Shown here: one piece after another, positions 8,712 through 18,710 of the stretch
Position numbering within the stretch: the first letter of the stretch is position 1
Layout of the letters: every line of letters starts with the position of its first letter
NCBI GenBank assembly: GCA_036918135.1
Contig: JBALDB010000015.1
Location: forward strand, 192,001-256,000
DNA: 64,000 bases
DNA from: Nostoc sp.
GTDB lineage: Bacteria > Cyanobacteriota > Cyanobacteriia > Cyanobacteriales > Nostocaceae
Direction: 5' to 3'
Notes under the pieces: generated by a model
What the model saw: the letters and a program-made list of their open reading frames with translations, nothing else
What the model was told of the DNA's origin: nothing
Database searches by the model: none
Translations under genes and position numbers: made by a program

Positions 8712-11582
8712 GTGAATTACACGATGTCTGCTAATTCTCTGCCTGAAGATGCCGCTGTTTGGCACAGTTTAGAAGTTGATAAGGCGCTAGACCTGCTTGA
8801 TAGTAACGCAGACAGTGGCTTAACATCCGAAGATATTCAACAAAGGTTGCAGAAATACGGCCCCAACGAACTCCAAGAAAATGCTGGTCGTAGTGCTTGG
8901 CAAATTCTGCTCGATCAGTTCAGCAACATTATGTTGTTGATGCTGATTGGTGTAGCTTTAATTTCTGGGTTTTTAGACCTATGGGCTTGGCGAACAGACA
9001 GTTTGAAGCCAGGTGAAGTGCCATTTAAAGATACCATCGCTATTTTAGCAATTGTTATCCTCAATGGCATACTCGGCTACGTCCAAGAAAGCCGTGCAGA
9101 AAAAGCACTAGCAGCCTTAAAAAAACTCACTTCTCCTTTAGTGCGAGTCATCCGCGACGCTAGACTGGTGGAGGTAGCAGCTAAGGAACTAGTCCCAGGA
9201 GATATGATGCTGCTGGAAGCTGGAATGCAGATAGCCGCAGATGGACGGTTGATCGAACAGTCCAATTTACAAGTGCGAGAGTCAGCACTGACTGGAGAAG
9301 CTGAAGCCGCCAATAAACAAGCAACACTAAATTTACCCGCAGAAACGGATTTAGGCGATCGCATCAATTTGGTATTCCAAGGAACCGAAGTTGTCCAAGG
9401 ACGCGGGAAGGTTCTGGTAACCAATACTGGCATGACAACAGAATTAGGCAAAATTGCTGCCATGTTGCAGTCGGTGGAAAGCGAACCTACGCCTTTACAA
9501 CAGCGAATGACTCAACTAGGCAATGTCTTAGTTTCGGGTTCTCTAATTCTCGTGGCAATTGTTGTCATCGGTGGTGTGATCGAGGCTAGAGGTTTTAGCA
9601 ATATCAAAGAACTTTTGGAAGTTTCCTTGAGTATGGCGGTTGCTGTCGTTCCAGAAGGTTTACCTGCGGTAATTACTGTTACCTTGGCATTGGGAACTCA
9701 GCGAATGGTGCGCCAGAATGCCTTGATTCGCAAACTGCCAGCAGTAGAAACATTAGGTTCTGTAACCACCATTTGTTCTGATAAAACCGGCACCCTGACT
9801 CAAAATAAAATGGTGGTGCAATCAGTTTTCACCAATGACAAAACTTTTCGTGTCACTGGAGAAGGTTATGCCCCCACCGGAGATTTTCTCTTAAATGGTG
9901 AAAAAGTTTTCCTAGAAGAGTCGCCAGAAATCTCAGCTTTGTCAGTCGCCTGTGCCGTTTGTAACGATTCGGTGCTGCAAAAAGAAAAAGGTGAATGGGC
10001 GATTTTAGGAGATCCTACAGAAGGGGCATTAGTCACCCTAGCAGGCAAAGCAGGAATCGAAAAAGATCAGTGGAATAGTAAGTTACCCCGCGTTAGGGAG
10101 TTTCCTTTCTCCTCCGAACGTAAGCGGATGAGCGTGATTTCTCAAGTGCAGTCAGTCGCCACAGGTGAAGCGTCTTTGAATGCCGTTGACCCTGCGATTG
10201 CTAATTTTTTACAATCTGAACCTTACTTAATGTTTACCAAAGGTTCGCCAGAGTTAATCTTAGGACGTTCCACTCAGATTTACTTGGGCGATCGCTCAAC
10301 GCAGTTAACCGAAGAACAACGTCAGAAAATTTTGGCAGAAAATGACCAAATGGCGAGCAAAGGTCTGCGGGTACTAGGTTTTGCCTACAAACCCCTCTCT
10401 GAGATTCCACTAGAAGGGTCAGACGACACATCCGAACAAGATATGGTGTGGCTGGGATTAGTGGGAATGCTCGATGCGCCACGCCCGGAAGTCAGGGCGG
10501 CTGTGCAAGAGTGTCGGCAAGCAGGAATTCGTCCAGTCATGATTACTGGTGACCACCAGTTAACAGCACGAGCGATCGCCACTGATTTGGGAATTGCCCA
10601 AGAAAATGACCGACTGCTTACAGGTCAAGAATTGCAGCGGATGAGCGACCAGGAATTAGAACAAAACGTTGATTTAGTCAGCATGTATGCTAGGGTTGCC
10701 CCAGAACACAAACTGCGAATTGTCCAAGCACTGCAACGTCGGGGTAGATTTGTGGCGATGACAGGTGATGGCGTCAACGATGCCCCAGCCCTCAAACAAG
10801 CTGATATCGGCATTGCAATGGGCATTACTGGCACTGATGTGAGTAAAGAAGCTAGTGACATGGTATTACTTGATGACAACTTCGCCACCATCGTCAGCGC
10901 CACCAAAGAAGGTAGAGTTGTTTATACCAATATTCGCCGCTTTATTAAATACATTCTGGGTAGTAACATTGGCGAAGTTCTGACAATTGCATCTGCGCCC
11001 TTAATCGGTTTGGGAGGCGTTCCGCTTACCCCTTTGCAAATTCTTTGGATGAATTTGGTAACAGACGGTTTACCAGCCCTAGCATTAGCTGTGGAACCTC
11101 CGGAACCGGATGTGATGCAACGTCCGCCTTTTAGTCCCCGCGAAAGTATTTTTGCTAGGGGATTGGGTTCTTATATGATTCGCATTGGCATCATCTTTGC
11201 GATTATCACTATTGCCTTGATGTGGTGGGCTTATCAACATACCCATGCCCGTGGCTATCAGGGAAATCCTGACGCTTGGAAAACGATGGTATTTACTACC
11301 TTGTGTATCGCTCAAATGGGTCACGCGATCGCTATTCGCTCCAACAACCGACTGACCATCGAAATGAATCCCTTTTCTAATATATTTGTACTAGCTGCTG
11401 TTGTCGTGACCACAATTTTACAGTTGCTACTAGTTTACGTCGAACCTCTGCGAGAGTTCTTTGGTACTCACTACCTGACTATGCAAGAATTGGGAGTTTG
11501 TATTGGCTTCAGTGCCTTGATGTTTGTCTGGATTGAATTAGAGAAGATATTCTTACGGATTGTGGGTAAGAAGGCTGTTTGA
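8712..11582 (+). CDS. P-type IIA cation (probably Ca2+)-transporting ATPase
   Basis: [45 protein letters not shown]. Confidence 0.95.
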   Translation: MNYTMSANSLPEDAAVWHSLEVDKALDLLDSNADSGLTSEDIQQRLQKYGPNELQENAGRSAWQILLDQFSNIMLLMLIGVALISGFLDLWAWRTDSLKPGEVPFKDTIAILAIVILNGILGYVQESRAEKALAALKKLTSPLVRVIRDARLVEVAAKELVPGDMMLLEAGMQIAADGRLIEQSNLQVRESALTGEAEAANKQATLNLPAETDLGDRINLVFQGTEVVQGRGKVLVTNTGMTTELGKIAAMLQSVESEPTPLQQRMTQLGNVLVSGSLILVAIVVIGGVIEARGFSNIKELLEVSLSMAVAVVPEGLPAVITVTLALGTQRMVRQNALIRKLPAVETLGSVTTICSDKTGTLTQNKMVVQSVFTNDKTFRVTGEGYAPTGDFLLNGEKVFLEESPEISALSVACAVCNDSVLQKEKGEWAILGDPTEGALVTLAGKAGIEKDQWNSKLPRVREFPFSSERKRMSVISQVQSVATGEASLNAVDPAIANFLQSEPYLMFTKGSPELILGRSTQIYLGDRSTQLTEEQRQKILAENDQMASKGLRVLGFAYKPLSEIPLEGSDDTSEQDMVWLGLVGMLDAPRPEVRAAVQECRQAGIRPVMITGDHQLTARAIATDLGIAQENDRLLTGQELQRMSDQELEQNVDLVSMYARVAPEHKLRIVQALQRRGRFVAMTGDGVNDAPALKQADIGIAMGITGTDVSKEASDMVLLDDNFATIVSATKEGRVVYTNIRRFIKYILGSNIGEVLTIASAPLIGLGGVPLTPLQILWMNLVTDGLPALALAVEPPEPDVMQRPPFSPRESIFARGLGSYMIRIGIIFAIITIALMWWAYQHTHARGYQGNPDAWKTMVFTTLCIAQMGHAIAIRSNNRLTIEMNPFSNIFVLAAVVVTTILQLLLVYVEPLREFFGTHYLTMQELGVCIGFSALMFVWIELEKIFLRIVGKKAV

Positions 11583-11638
11583 ATTAGGGAATCAGGGATG
11601 AGCCAGATGAGGGATGTGCTTCGAGTTGGTGGTAGTTG

Positions 11639-11658
11639 AATCTCGACTTCGCTCGATT
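11639..11658. repeat. Short dispersed repeat (core GAGCGAAGTCGA on the minus strand)
   Basis: TCGACTTCGCTC flanked by AATC/GATT. Same core as the copies at 21084..21136. Confidence 0.6.
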
Positions 11659-11776
11659 TTTGCGTAGTCAAAACTCACCAACCGGGCGATGAGGAAGAAT
11701 AATAATTATTTACTTGCTTTTTCATCTCCTCCCACTGCCTCATCTTTCCCTACTCCCTACTCCCCACTTTCTCACT

Positions 11777-12898
11777 ATGTATCTAAAAACTCTAAACCTC
11801 CGGCAATTTCGCAATTATCAAGAGCAAAAGGTTGAGTTTACTGCTGCCAAAACAATTTTAGTAGGTAATAACGCTCAAGGAAAGTCGAATTTATTAGAGG
11901 CGGTGGAGTTGTTGGCAACATTGCGATCGCACCGCATGGCACGCGATCGCGATTTAGTTCAAGAAGAGGAAGATATAGCCCAGATTAATGCTACTCTTGA
12001 GCGACAAACAGGTATAAGTGACTTAACTTTGACCCTCCGCCGCAATGGTCGCCGTAGCGTTGCTCTTAATGGTGAGTCTATACGCCGTCAAATAGATTTT
12101 CTCGGCGTTCTCAATGCAGTCCAATTTTCTAGCTTGGATTTAGAACTAGTGCGCGGTGGCCCCGAAGGTCGCCGCAACTGGTTAGATACACTCTTAATTC
12201 AACTCGAACCTGTTTATGCTCACATTTTGCAGCAGTATAACCATGTATTACGCCAGCGCAATGCCTTTTTAAAAAAAACTCAAGACTCAGTATTGGGCGT
12301 TAACTCTTCAGAACTGGCTATATGGGATGCACAGTTAGCTACCACAGGTACACGGGTAATTAGACGCCGCGATCGCGCCATCCAGCGATTAGCTTCCATC
12401 GCTACTACTTGGCACGCCAACATCAGCGGTAGTACAGAAATTCTGCAAATTAAGTACGTACCTAATATTCCTTCAGAAGATAACCAACCAGAACAAGTCC
12501 AGCAAGCTTTTTTAGCAAAAATTCAACAGCGAACCGTAGCCGAAATGCACCAAGGTACTACCCTTGTGGGCCCCCATCGCGACGAAGTTGAATTAATCAT
12601 TAACCAGACACCTGCTCGTCAATACGGTTCTCAAGGGCAACAACGAACGCTAGTTTTAGCCTTAAAATTAGCAGAATTACAATTAATTGAAGAAGTCGTC
12701 AAAGAGCCACCATTGCTATTACTTGATGATGTGCTGGCCGAACTCGATTTATCCCGTCAAAATCAATTGCTTGATGCTATTCAAGACCGCTTTCAAACCC
12801 TGATTACTACCACTCATTTGGGTTCTTTTGATTCTCAATGGTTAAAATCCTCACAAATTCTTCTTGTGAAGGCAGGAAAACTAATGCAACATTTCTAA
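11777..12898 (+). CDS. recF: DNA replication/repair protein RecF
   Basis: MYLKTLNLRQFRNY, Walker A GNNAQGKSN, GPHRD, SQGQQR, LLLDDVLAELD. Start placed at ATG 11777. Confidence 0.97.
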   Translation: MYLKTLNLRQFRNYQEQKVEFTAAKTILVGNNAQGKSNLLEAVELLATLRSHRMARDRDLVQEEEDIAQINATLERQTGISDLTLTLRRNGRRSVALNGESIRRQIDFLGVLNAVQFSSLDLELVRGGPEGRRNWLDTLLIQLEPVYAHILQQYNHVLRQRNAFLKKTQDSVLGVNSSELAIWDAQLATTGTRVIRRRDRAIQRLASIATTWHANISGSTEILQIKYVPNIPSEDNQPEQVQQAFLAKIQQRTVAEMHQGTTLVGPHRDEVELIINQTPARQYGSQGQQRTLVLALKLAELQLIEEVVKEPPLLLLDDVLAELDLSRQNQLLDAIQDRFQTLITTTHLGSFDSQWLKSSQILLVKAGKLMQHF

Positions 12899-13038
12899 TA
12901 ATTATGCTTGAGAACTTATATTTAAAATACTTGCATTGAATAAATATAGTTTTATACCAGGAGTTATATACTAACTAAAACTTTTATTTGATGAAATTTC
13001 TGGATTATTAAATACTTTATATAGATAAATTTCCCTAT

Positions 13039-13144
13039 TATAGCAGGAGGCAGAAGGTAGAAGGCTGGAGGCAGGAGGTAAAACTATTACTGTTGCTAGC
13101 ATTCACACTTGCCATTAGTCCTAAAGGGTGTGACTACAGCTATA
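13039..13144. mobile_element. TATAGC-bounded miniature element (copy 2)
   Basis: Aligns with 616..715 (reverse complement) and 57507..57615. Confidence 0.75.
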
Positions 13145-13288
13145 TGAAAAATTTTTAATTCTCTTGTGGAAGAAAAATTGACAAAAACTCAAAATACCTA
13201 TAAAAATACAGTAATTAAAATAACTTACCCCACATTTTTATCTCATAAACTTTTTGGTTTACTGTGTTGCACTATGAAGGAGTGAAAA

Positions 13289-14404
13289 TTGTTAGAAGAA
13301 TCCTCAATACCTTTACCTGAAACTAATGCACAAGTTTTGCAGGGGACAAATACTTATAAAAAATTTTACATCCCATCCTTAGATGGGATCAGAACTGTCG
13401 CTTTCCTATTAGTTTTTTTAACCCATGCAAAAGTAGTAAATGTAATTCCTGGAGGATTCGGTGTAACAATATTTTTCTTTCTCAGTGGCTACTTAATCAC
13501 AACTCTGATTAGAAGAGAGTACGATCGCCATCAGACTCTTGATTTTAAGCTGTTTTATATCAGACGAGTACTACGTATTTGGCCCTCATTTTACTTAGTA
13601 TTATTTGTCGGAACTGCTTTAACTGCCTTAGGCTTCCTGAGGGGTAAGATTTATTTACTAGGCTTCTTATCCCAAGCTCTACACTTCGGTAACTACTACA
13701 GTATTTTTACTGATGGTAAAGGAATAGCTCTTGGTAGTGGGGTATATTGGTCTCTTGCTGTTGAAGAACACTTTTATCTTTTTTTCCCACTACTTTATGT
13801 AGCTCTACGTAAACTGCGTATCAGTCAAGGCAAACAACTGCTGACTATTTTAGGATTATGTTTGGCTGTTTTAGTTTGGCGGTGCATTCTAGTTTTTGGT
13901 TTTGGAGTACCTTCATTACGTGTATTTTATGCAACAGATACTCGGGTAGATAGTATTCTATTTGGTTGTGCATTAGCAGTTTATAACAATCCAATGCTAG
14001 ATGCTCAAAAGTACTCTAACAAACTCTGGAAGTATTTCTTTTTCCCCGCAGGAATAATCTTGATTCTTTTTTCACTACTTTATCGTTCATTAGATTTTCA
14101 AGAAACCTTTCGTTATACGATACAAGGAATTGGCTTATACCCAGTCTTTTTTACTGCTATTCGCTTTTCAGATTGGGGATTATTCCCAATAATAAATTTA
14201 AATTGGGTGCGTTTTATTGGATTACTTTCTTACTCTCTGTATCTTGTTCATTACATTGTGCTTTTTGGTGTGTCGATGTATTTACCCCAATTGCATAGAG
14301 TTATCCAAGCAGGAATTGCTCTATTAATTTCTTTAGGAATAGCTTATACAATTTATCAGTTAATAGAGTCTCCAATTGGAAAGTTACGTAAAAAGTTATC
14401 ATAG
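13289..14404 (+). CDS. Acyltransferase family 3 (OafA-like) membrane O-acyltransferase
   Basis: LDGIRTVA...H, GVTIFFFLSGYLIT, FYIRRVLRIWP, WSLAVEEHFY, SYSLYLVH. AAGGAG RBS. Confidence 0.92.
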   Translation: MLEESSIPLPETNAQVLQGTNTYKKFYIPSLDGIRTVAFLLVFLTHAKVVNVIPGGFGVTIFFFLSGYLITTLIRREYDRHQTLDFKLFYIRRVLRIWPSFYLVLFVGTALTALGFLRGKIYLLGFLSQALHFGNYYSIFTDGKGIALGSGVYWSLAVEEHFYLFFPLLYVALRKLRISQGKQLLTILGLCLAVLVWRCILVFGFGVPSLRVFYATDTRVDSILFGCALAVYNNPMLDAQKYSNKLWKYFFFPAGIILILFSLLYRSLDFQETFRYTIQGIGLYPVFFTAIRFSDWGLFPIINLNWVRFIGLLSYSLYLVHYIVLFGVSMYLPQLHRVIQAGIALLISLGIAYTIYQLIESPIGKLRKKLS

Positions 14405-14501
14405 ACATAGCTCAGGAGAAAAGCGCTTTTTATTGAGATGTATTAATATAAAAGTCTCTATACTCAGTTCAAAAATATCTTATAAAGATTAGTCTTACTT
14501 A

Positions 14502-14851
14502 GAGGATGCCTGAAAAGTTTTTGATAGGTAATTTTTATTACGTAAGTTGCTTTAGCATCAACCGAATCATCGCGACATAAATAAAAGCCTCTGAAGTTTG
14601 TGGCAAAATTTCATAATATGCAGCTCAACCTTCGACACCAGTTGAACCAACCAAAAGTCCTCAAGGGCAAGCCAACGTTTGGGCAGTACTACAAAGCCTT
14701 TCTGTTCTTCATGGCGTGTCACAACGCGTTCCATTGCCAGGGATAAACGCATCGCCTGCATATCTACACTACGTTTTCGACCACCAGTTTTTGGCTTAGG
14801 AATTAGTTGTGATAGTAGTTTCCACTGTTCTAAAGTCAGATTACTTGGGTA
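14502..14851 (-). mobile_element. IS5-family (IS1031-like) transposase remnant, internally deleted and frameshifted
   Basis: The minus strand gives an N-terminal YPSNLTLEQWKLLSQLIPKPKTGGRKRSVDM joined to a C-terminal KGFVVLPKRW...FGWFNWCRRLS...YVAMIRLMLKQLT*. Putative terminal repeat GAGGATGCCTGAAAAGT at 14502. Confidence 0.85.
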
Positions 14852-14886
14852 CGATGGATTGATGGCTCTGGTAACGCTGTCATACT

Positions 14887-15030
14887 TACAGCAGTTTTCA
14901 TTTGCATGAAGTACAAAGTTACGGGTTTTGAGACAGGAGGCAGTTCTTGCTGGAGGCAGAAGGTAGAAACTCTTTATATCTGATGAATCAGTCCTGCATT
15001 TTGTACCTCACTGACTTGCAATCTGCTATA
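14887..15030. mobile_element. Miniature inverted-repeat element, second TATAGC-ended family
   Basis: Ends TACAGCAGTTTTCA...GTACAAA and TTTGTAC...TGCAATCTGCTATA. A related single end lies at 42035..42065. Confidence 0.65.
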
Positions 15031-15078
15031 AGTATTTTTTCTACTGACAGCATACCGTTATGTGGGCTTTCTTACTTC

Positions 15079-15537
15079 TCAGACATCCTCTAACCTTTTA
15101 AAAACCTTGAGAACTAAAAAAGTCAGGACACTACCAATTAATCCTAACTGCCATAAACCACAACCAGCAGCAATTCCTAAACCAGCCGAAACCCAAATAG
15201 CCGCTGCTGATGTCAGTCCGTGAATTTCAAGTTGTTGCTGTGATGGCTGGGAAGATTGACGCACAATTTCTCCAGCACCCAGAAATCCCACACCAGTTGC
15301 AATTCCTTGAATCACACGGCTGAGTGCATCAGGACTAGTTTGTAACTCACCTGTTTGCAGAGGTATGATGATAAACAAGGCTGAACCCAAGCTCACTAGC
15401 ATATGAGTTCTTAAACCAGCTGGTTTGTGCTTAATTTGGCGTTCCCAGCCAATAATTCCTCCAATCATCAATGCGATACATAGCCGGAAGCTGACATTTA
15501 ACCAATCATTAGTTGCAAGATAGTAAGTGTTTGCCAA
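15079..15537 (-). CDS. MgtC/SapB family membrane protein (no C-terminal soluble domain)
   Basis: GWERQ...AGLRTHMLV, GVGFLGAG, GLTSAAAIW. Confidence 0.93.
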   Translation of the reverse strand: MANTYYLATNDWLNVSFRLCIALMIGGIIGWERQIKHKPAGLRTHMLVSLGSALFIIIPLQTGELQTSPDALSRVIQGIATGVGFLGAGEIVRQSSQPSQQQLEIHGLTSAAAIWVSAGLGIAAGCGLWQLGLIGSVLTFLVLKVFKRLEDV

Positions 15538-15771
15538 AGTTAATTCTGGTATGGATAATTATATTTACGAAGTTAATTGGTAATATAGCTTTTAATAAGA
15601 ATGCAGAATTATTAATCAAATCAGGTGTAAATCTAAGCATTACCTGATTGTAGACCTCTGTGAAGATTTTTTCTAATTAAGATATTATTTTGGTTAATAA
15701 ATATAGATTTGCATTCTTAAATAAGGAAGGGCTGTGGCGATAACATAAATAACTGACAACTAACAAATTGA

Positions 15772-18126
15772 GTGGAAAAACTCTACTGGCTAGACGAAAT
15801 TAAACTACAAGACCGCACCAAAGTAGGTGACAAAGCTTTTAATTTAAGCAGAATTATCCAACATGGCTATCCGGTGGTGCCTGGTTTTGTCGTTTCAGCA
15901 GAAGTTTTGCGACAATTTCTCGAAAATCTCAACAGTTCAGAGTCATTAGTTGCTGACTTACCTCATTCTTCGTTACATCTAGATGTAAGTAATTGGCGTC
16001 AACTTCAGCAAGTAGCTGGGCGTTTGCGCCAAGAAATTCTGACTGCGACTCTACCACAGCAGTGGGTAAGTACAATTTTCACAGCAGCCAGAGAATGGCA
16101 AACTAACTGTTTGATTTTTCGACCAAGTTTAATAGTATCAAATGCCACGTCACTACAGAGAAATGTTTCTGGTTTACTGGAGTCGGTATTTTGCTACTGC
16201 CAAGAGGAAGCGATCGCTACAGCATTAAAGCGTACCTGGAGTCAAATATTTCGCGCCAGAAGTTTACTGTATTGGCAGCATACAGGTATTAACCTGCAAC
16301 AAATTAATCTCGCAATTTTAGTGCAACCTGTGGAAAATGCGATCGCCAGTGGCTTATTAAAAGCCAATTCCTCTGGATGGGAAATTGAAGCTACTTGGGG
16401 ATTAGAAATAGCGATCGCTCAAGGTGAAGTATTGCCAGATGTGTACTACATTCAAAGCGAAACTGGAGCTATTTTAGAGCAACAGCTCGGCAATAAAATG
16501 CTAGCTTATGAAGTTGATGCTTCCCCTAAAATTTCCCAACCTTTGGCAGACTCAGTGCTATCACTAGAGAAAACTTGTTTGATTACCTACGTACTTCAAG
16601 AAGCCCAACAAAAACAGTACGCTTTACAACAAGAATACTTACAACAAATAATCGATCTAGGAACTCTATTGGTGAGCGAACTAGGTCAAACATTTACTAT
16701 AAAATGGACTATTGCTAGCCAAAGCACATCCGGCAAGCTCTATCTAACACAAATTAGTACTCCCCAATCAGTAATTCCCCACGCACACTTAATCAGGGGA
16801 CTGCCGGCGGCAAGAGGACGTACTGTGGCAAATGCCTTAGTAAGGATTAATTCCCAGGAAAAACCCGAACAACTCCCAAAAGGAGTAATTTTGGTAGTAC
16901 CAACAATTACACCAGATTGGTTACCATTATTGCAAGACGTTGCTGGTATTATCACGGAAAAAGGTGGATTAACTAGCCACGCTGCAATTCTTGCTAGAGA
17001 ATTAGGTATAGCAGCAGTAGTGAATGCAACATCAGCTACAAGCATAATCCAGACTGGGGAACGACTGTTGCTTGATGGCGACAGAGGAGAAGTTTATCGG
17101 ATTAAAGGAGAAGCCAGAGATGGAGAGATGGGGAGATGGAAAGATGGAAAGATGAGCGAAACTACTCCCACCACCCCACCATCCCACCACCCCACCACCC
17201 CACCACTCCATCTACCTATGATTGCTACCAAACTGCTGGTTAATTTGAGTCAGTCGAGCTTGATAGAACAAGTAAAAAACTTGCCTGTGGATGGATTAGG
17301 ATTGTTGCGTTCAGAATTGATGGTACTAAATATATTAGATGGGCAACATCCTAATAGTTGGATTTTAGAGGGGCGTCAAGCAGAATTGTTAGAGCGTTGG
17401 TCTGAGCAGATTATGCAGTTTGCTCAGGCTTTTGCACCAAGACCAGTTTTTTATCGTTCTTTAGATTGGCGATCGCACGAGTTACCATCATTGAGTGATA
17501 ATTTAAAATCTTCTCCACAATCGATGTTAGGTGAACGCGGCACCTTTAGCTATCTACGAAATCCGACTGTGTTTGAGTTGGAACTGAAAGCTTTAGCAAA
17601 TGTACAGCAATCAGGCTACAGCAATATCCACCTGCTATTACCTTTTGTTCGGACTGTAGAAGAATTTGTCTTTTGCCGTCGCAAAGTTGAACAAGCTTTT
17701 TTAATGCAGGTAGCAGAATTTGAATTGTGGATGATGGCAGAAGTACCAAGCGTACTGTTTCTATTGCCAGAATACGTCAAAGCAGGTGTAGCTGGAGTTT
17801 CTATTGGTACAAATGACCTGACCCAGTTATTGCTAGGAGTAGATCGCGAACAAGGACAGCTAGCAAAAGTATTTAACGAACGTCATCCCGCAGTTATGAG
17901 TGCGATCGCTCAACTGATCCAGATGTCTAAAAATGCTGGTATACCTTGTTCAATCTGCGGTCAAGCACCAGCCCTGTATCCGGAAATTATCGATCGCTTA
18001 GTGGAATGGGGCATAACTTCCATTTCCGTAGAACCTGAAGCAATCGAGCGAACATATCAAGCGATCGACCGTGCTGAACAACGCCTCATTTTAGCAGCAG
18101 CACGACGTGAATTAAAAAAACAATGA
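15772..18126 (+). CDS. PEP synthase-like / PEP-utilising enzyme
   Basis: PPDK_N-like N-terminus, phospho-His motif GGLTSHAAILARELG, and PEP-binding barrel motifs DGLGLLRSE, MAEVPS, SIGTNDLTQ, SICGQ. Confidence 0.85.
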   Translation: MEKLYWLDEIKLQDRTKVGDKAFNLSRIIQHGYPVVPGFVVSAEVLRQFLENLNSSESLVADLPHSSLHLDVSNWRQLQQVAGRLRQEILTATLPQQWVSTIFTAAREWQTNCLIFRPSLIVSNATSLQRNVSGLLESVFCYCQEEAIATALKRTWSQIFRARSLLYWQHTGINLQQINLAILVQPVENAIASGLLKANSSGWEIEATWGLEIAIAQGEVLPDVYYIQSETGAILEQQLGNKMLAYEVDASPKISQPLADSVLSLEKTCLITYVLQEAQQKQYALQQEYLQQIIDLGTLLVSELGQTFTIKWTIASQSTSGKLYLTQISTPQSVIPHAHLIRGLPAARGRTVANALVRINSQEKPEQLPKGVILVVPTITPDWLPLLQDVAGIITEKGGLTSHAAILARELGIAAVVNATSATSIIQTGERLLLDGDRGEVYRIKGEARDGEMGRWKDGKMSETTPTTPPSHHPTTPPLHLPMIATKLLVNLSQSSLIEQVKNLPVDGLGLLRSELMVLNILDGQHPNSWILEGRQAELLERWSEQIMQFAQAFAPRPVFYRSLDWRSHELPSLSDNLKSSPQSMLGERGTFSYLRNPTVFELELKALANVQQSGYSNIHLLLPFVRTVEEFVFCRRKVEQAFLMQVAEFELWMMAEVPSVLFLLPEYVKAGVAGVSIGTNDLTQLLLGVDREQGQLAKVFNERHPAVMSAIAQLIQMSKNAGIPCSICGQAPALYPEIIDRLVEWGITSISVEPEAIERTYQAIDRAEQRLILAAARRELKKQ

Positions 18127-18172
18127 TCTCAATGAAAATACTCAAAAGTATTGAGTTCAAAGGAGGTAAGGG

Positions 18173-18331
18173 ATAGGGTGTGGGGTGTGGAGAACCCACG
18201 TTTGAAAACGTGGGATTAAAAGGACAACATTTTCAAGGCGCTTTGCGTCCCCTTAAAACATTTTTTTCTTAAATGAGCTTTAAACTTATAACTAAAGTTT
18301 TTTATTTTTAAACCTACACCCCACACCCTAT
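18173..18331. repeat. MITE-like segment with perfect 16-bp terminal inverted repeats and an internal hairpin
   Basis: ATAGGGTGTGGGGTGT ... ACACCCCACACCCTAT, with internal CCCACGTTT-GA-AAACGTGGG. Confidence 0.6.
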
Positions 18332-18710
18332 TTTTAGTAATTTTTTTATTTATATGTGTACCAACTTTTATATTGGGAATAATTTTCTTTCATGAACATA
18401 TTCTAGCAAGATTATTTTGTGAGCTTCTGAGCTTAATAAGTAGTTAAAAGGAAATATTAAATATTTTAGCGAGTGATTCCATCGATAAAATTTTTATAGT
18501 TCTATCTAATTAATATAAATCAATCATTTTTTATCACCACCTAGTGGATAATTCCTCTTAATCCAAGTTATTACGCCAATGGTCAGTTAACTTTAAAGTT
18601 TTAAGTTTTGAATTCTCATAAAATCTTCATCTATTTGAACTGTAATTCATTTTTTATCGGAACTTCCAGGGGAACACTAAAATCAATCGGGTTGAGCAAG
18701 GTAGTTACCA

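Noticed and set aside
14567..14909. ORFs 14567..14761 and 14679..14909 as genes
   Set aside because: Fragments or antisense of the decayed IS5 transposase.
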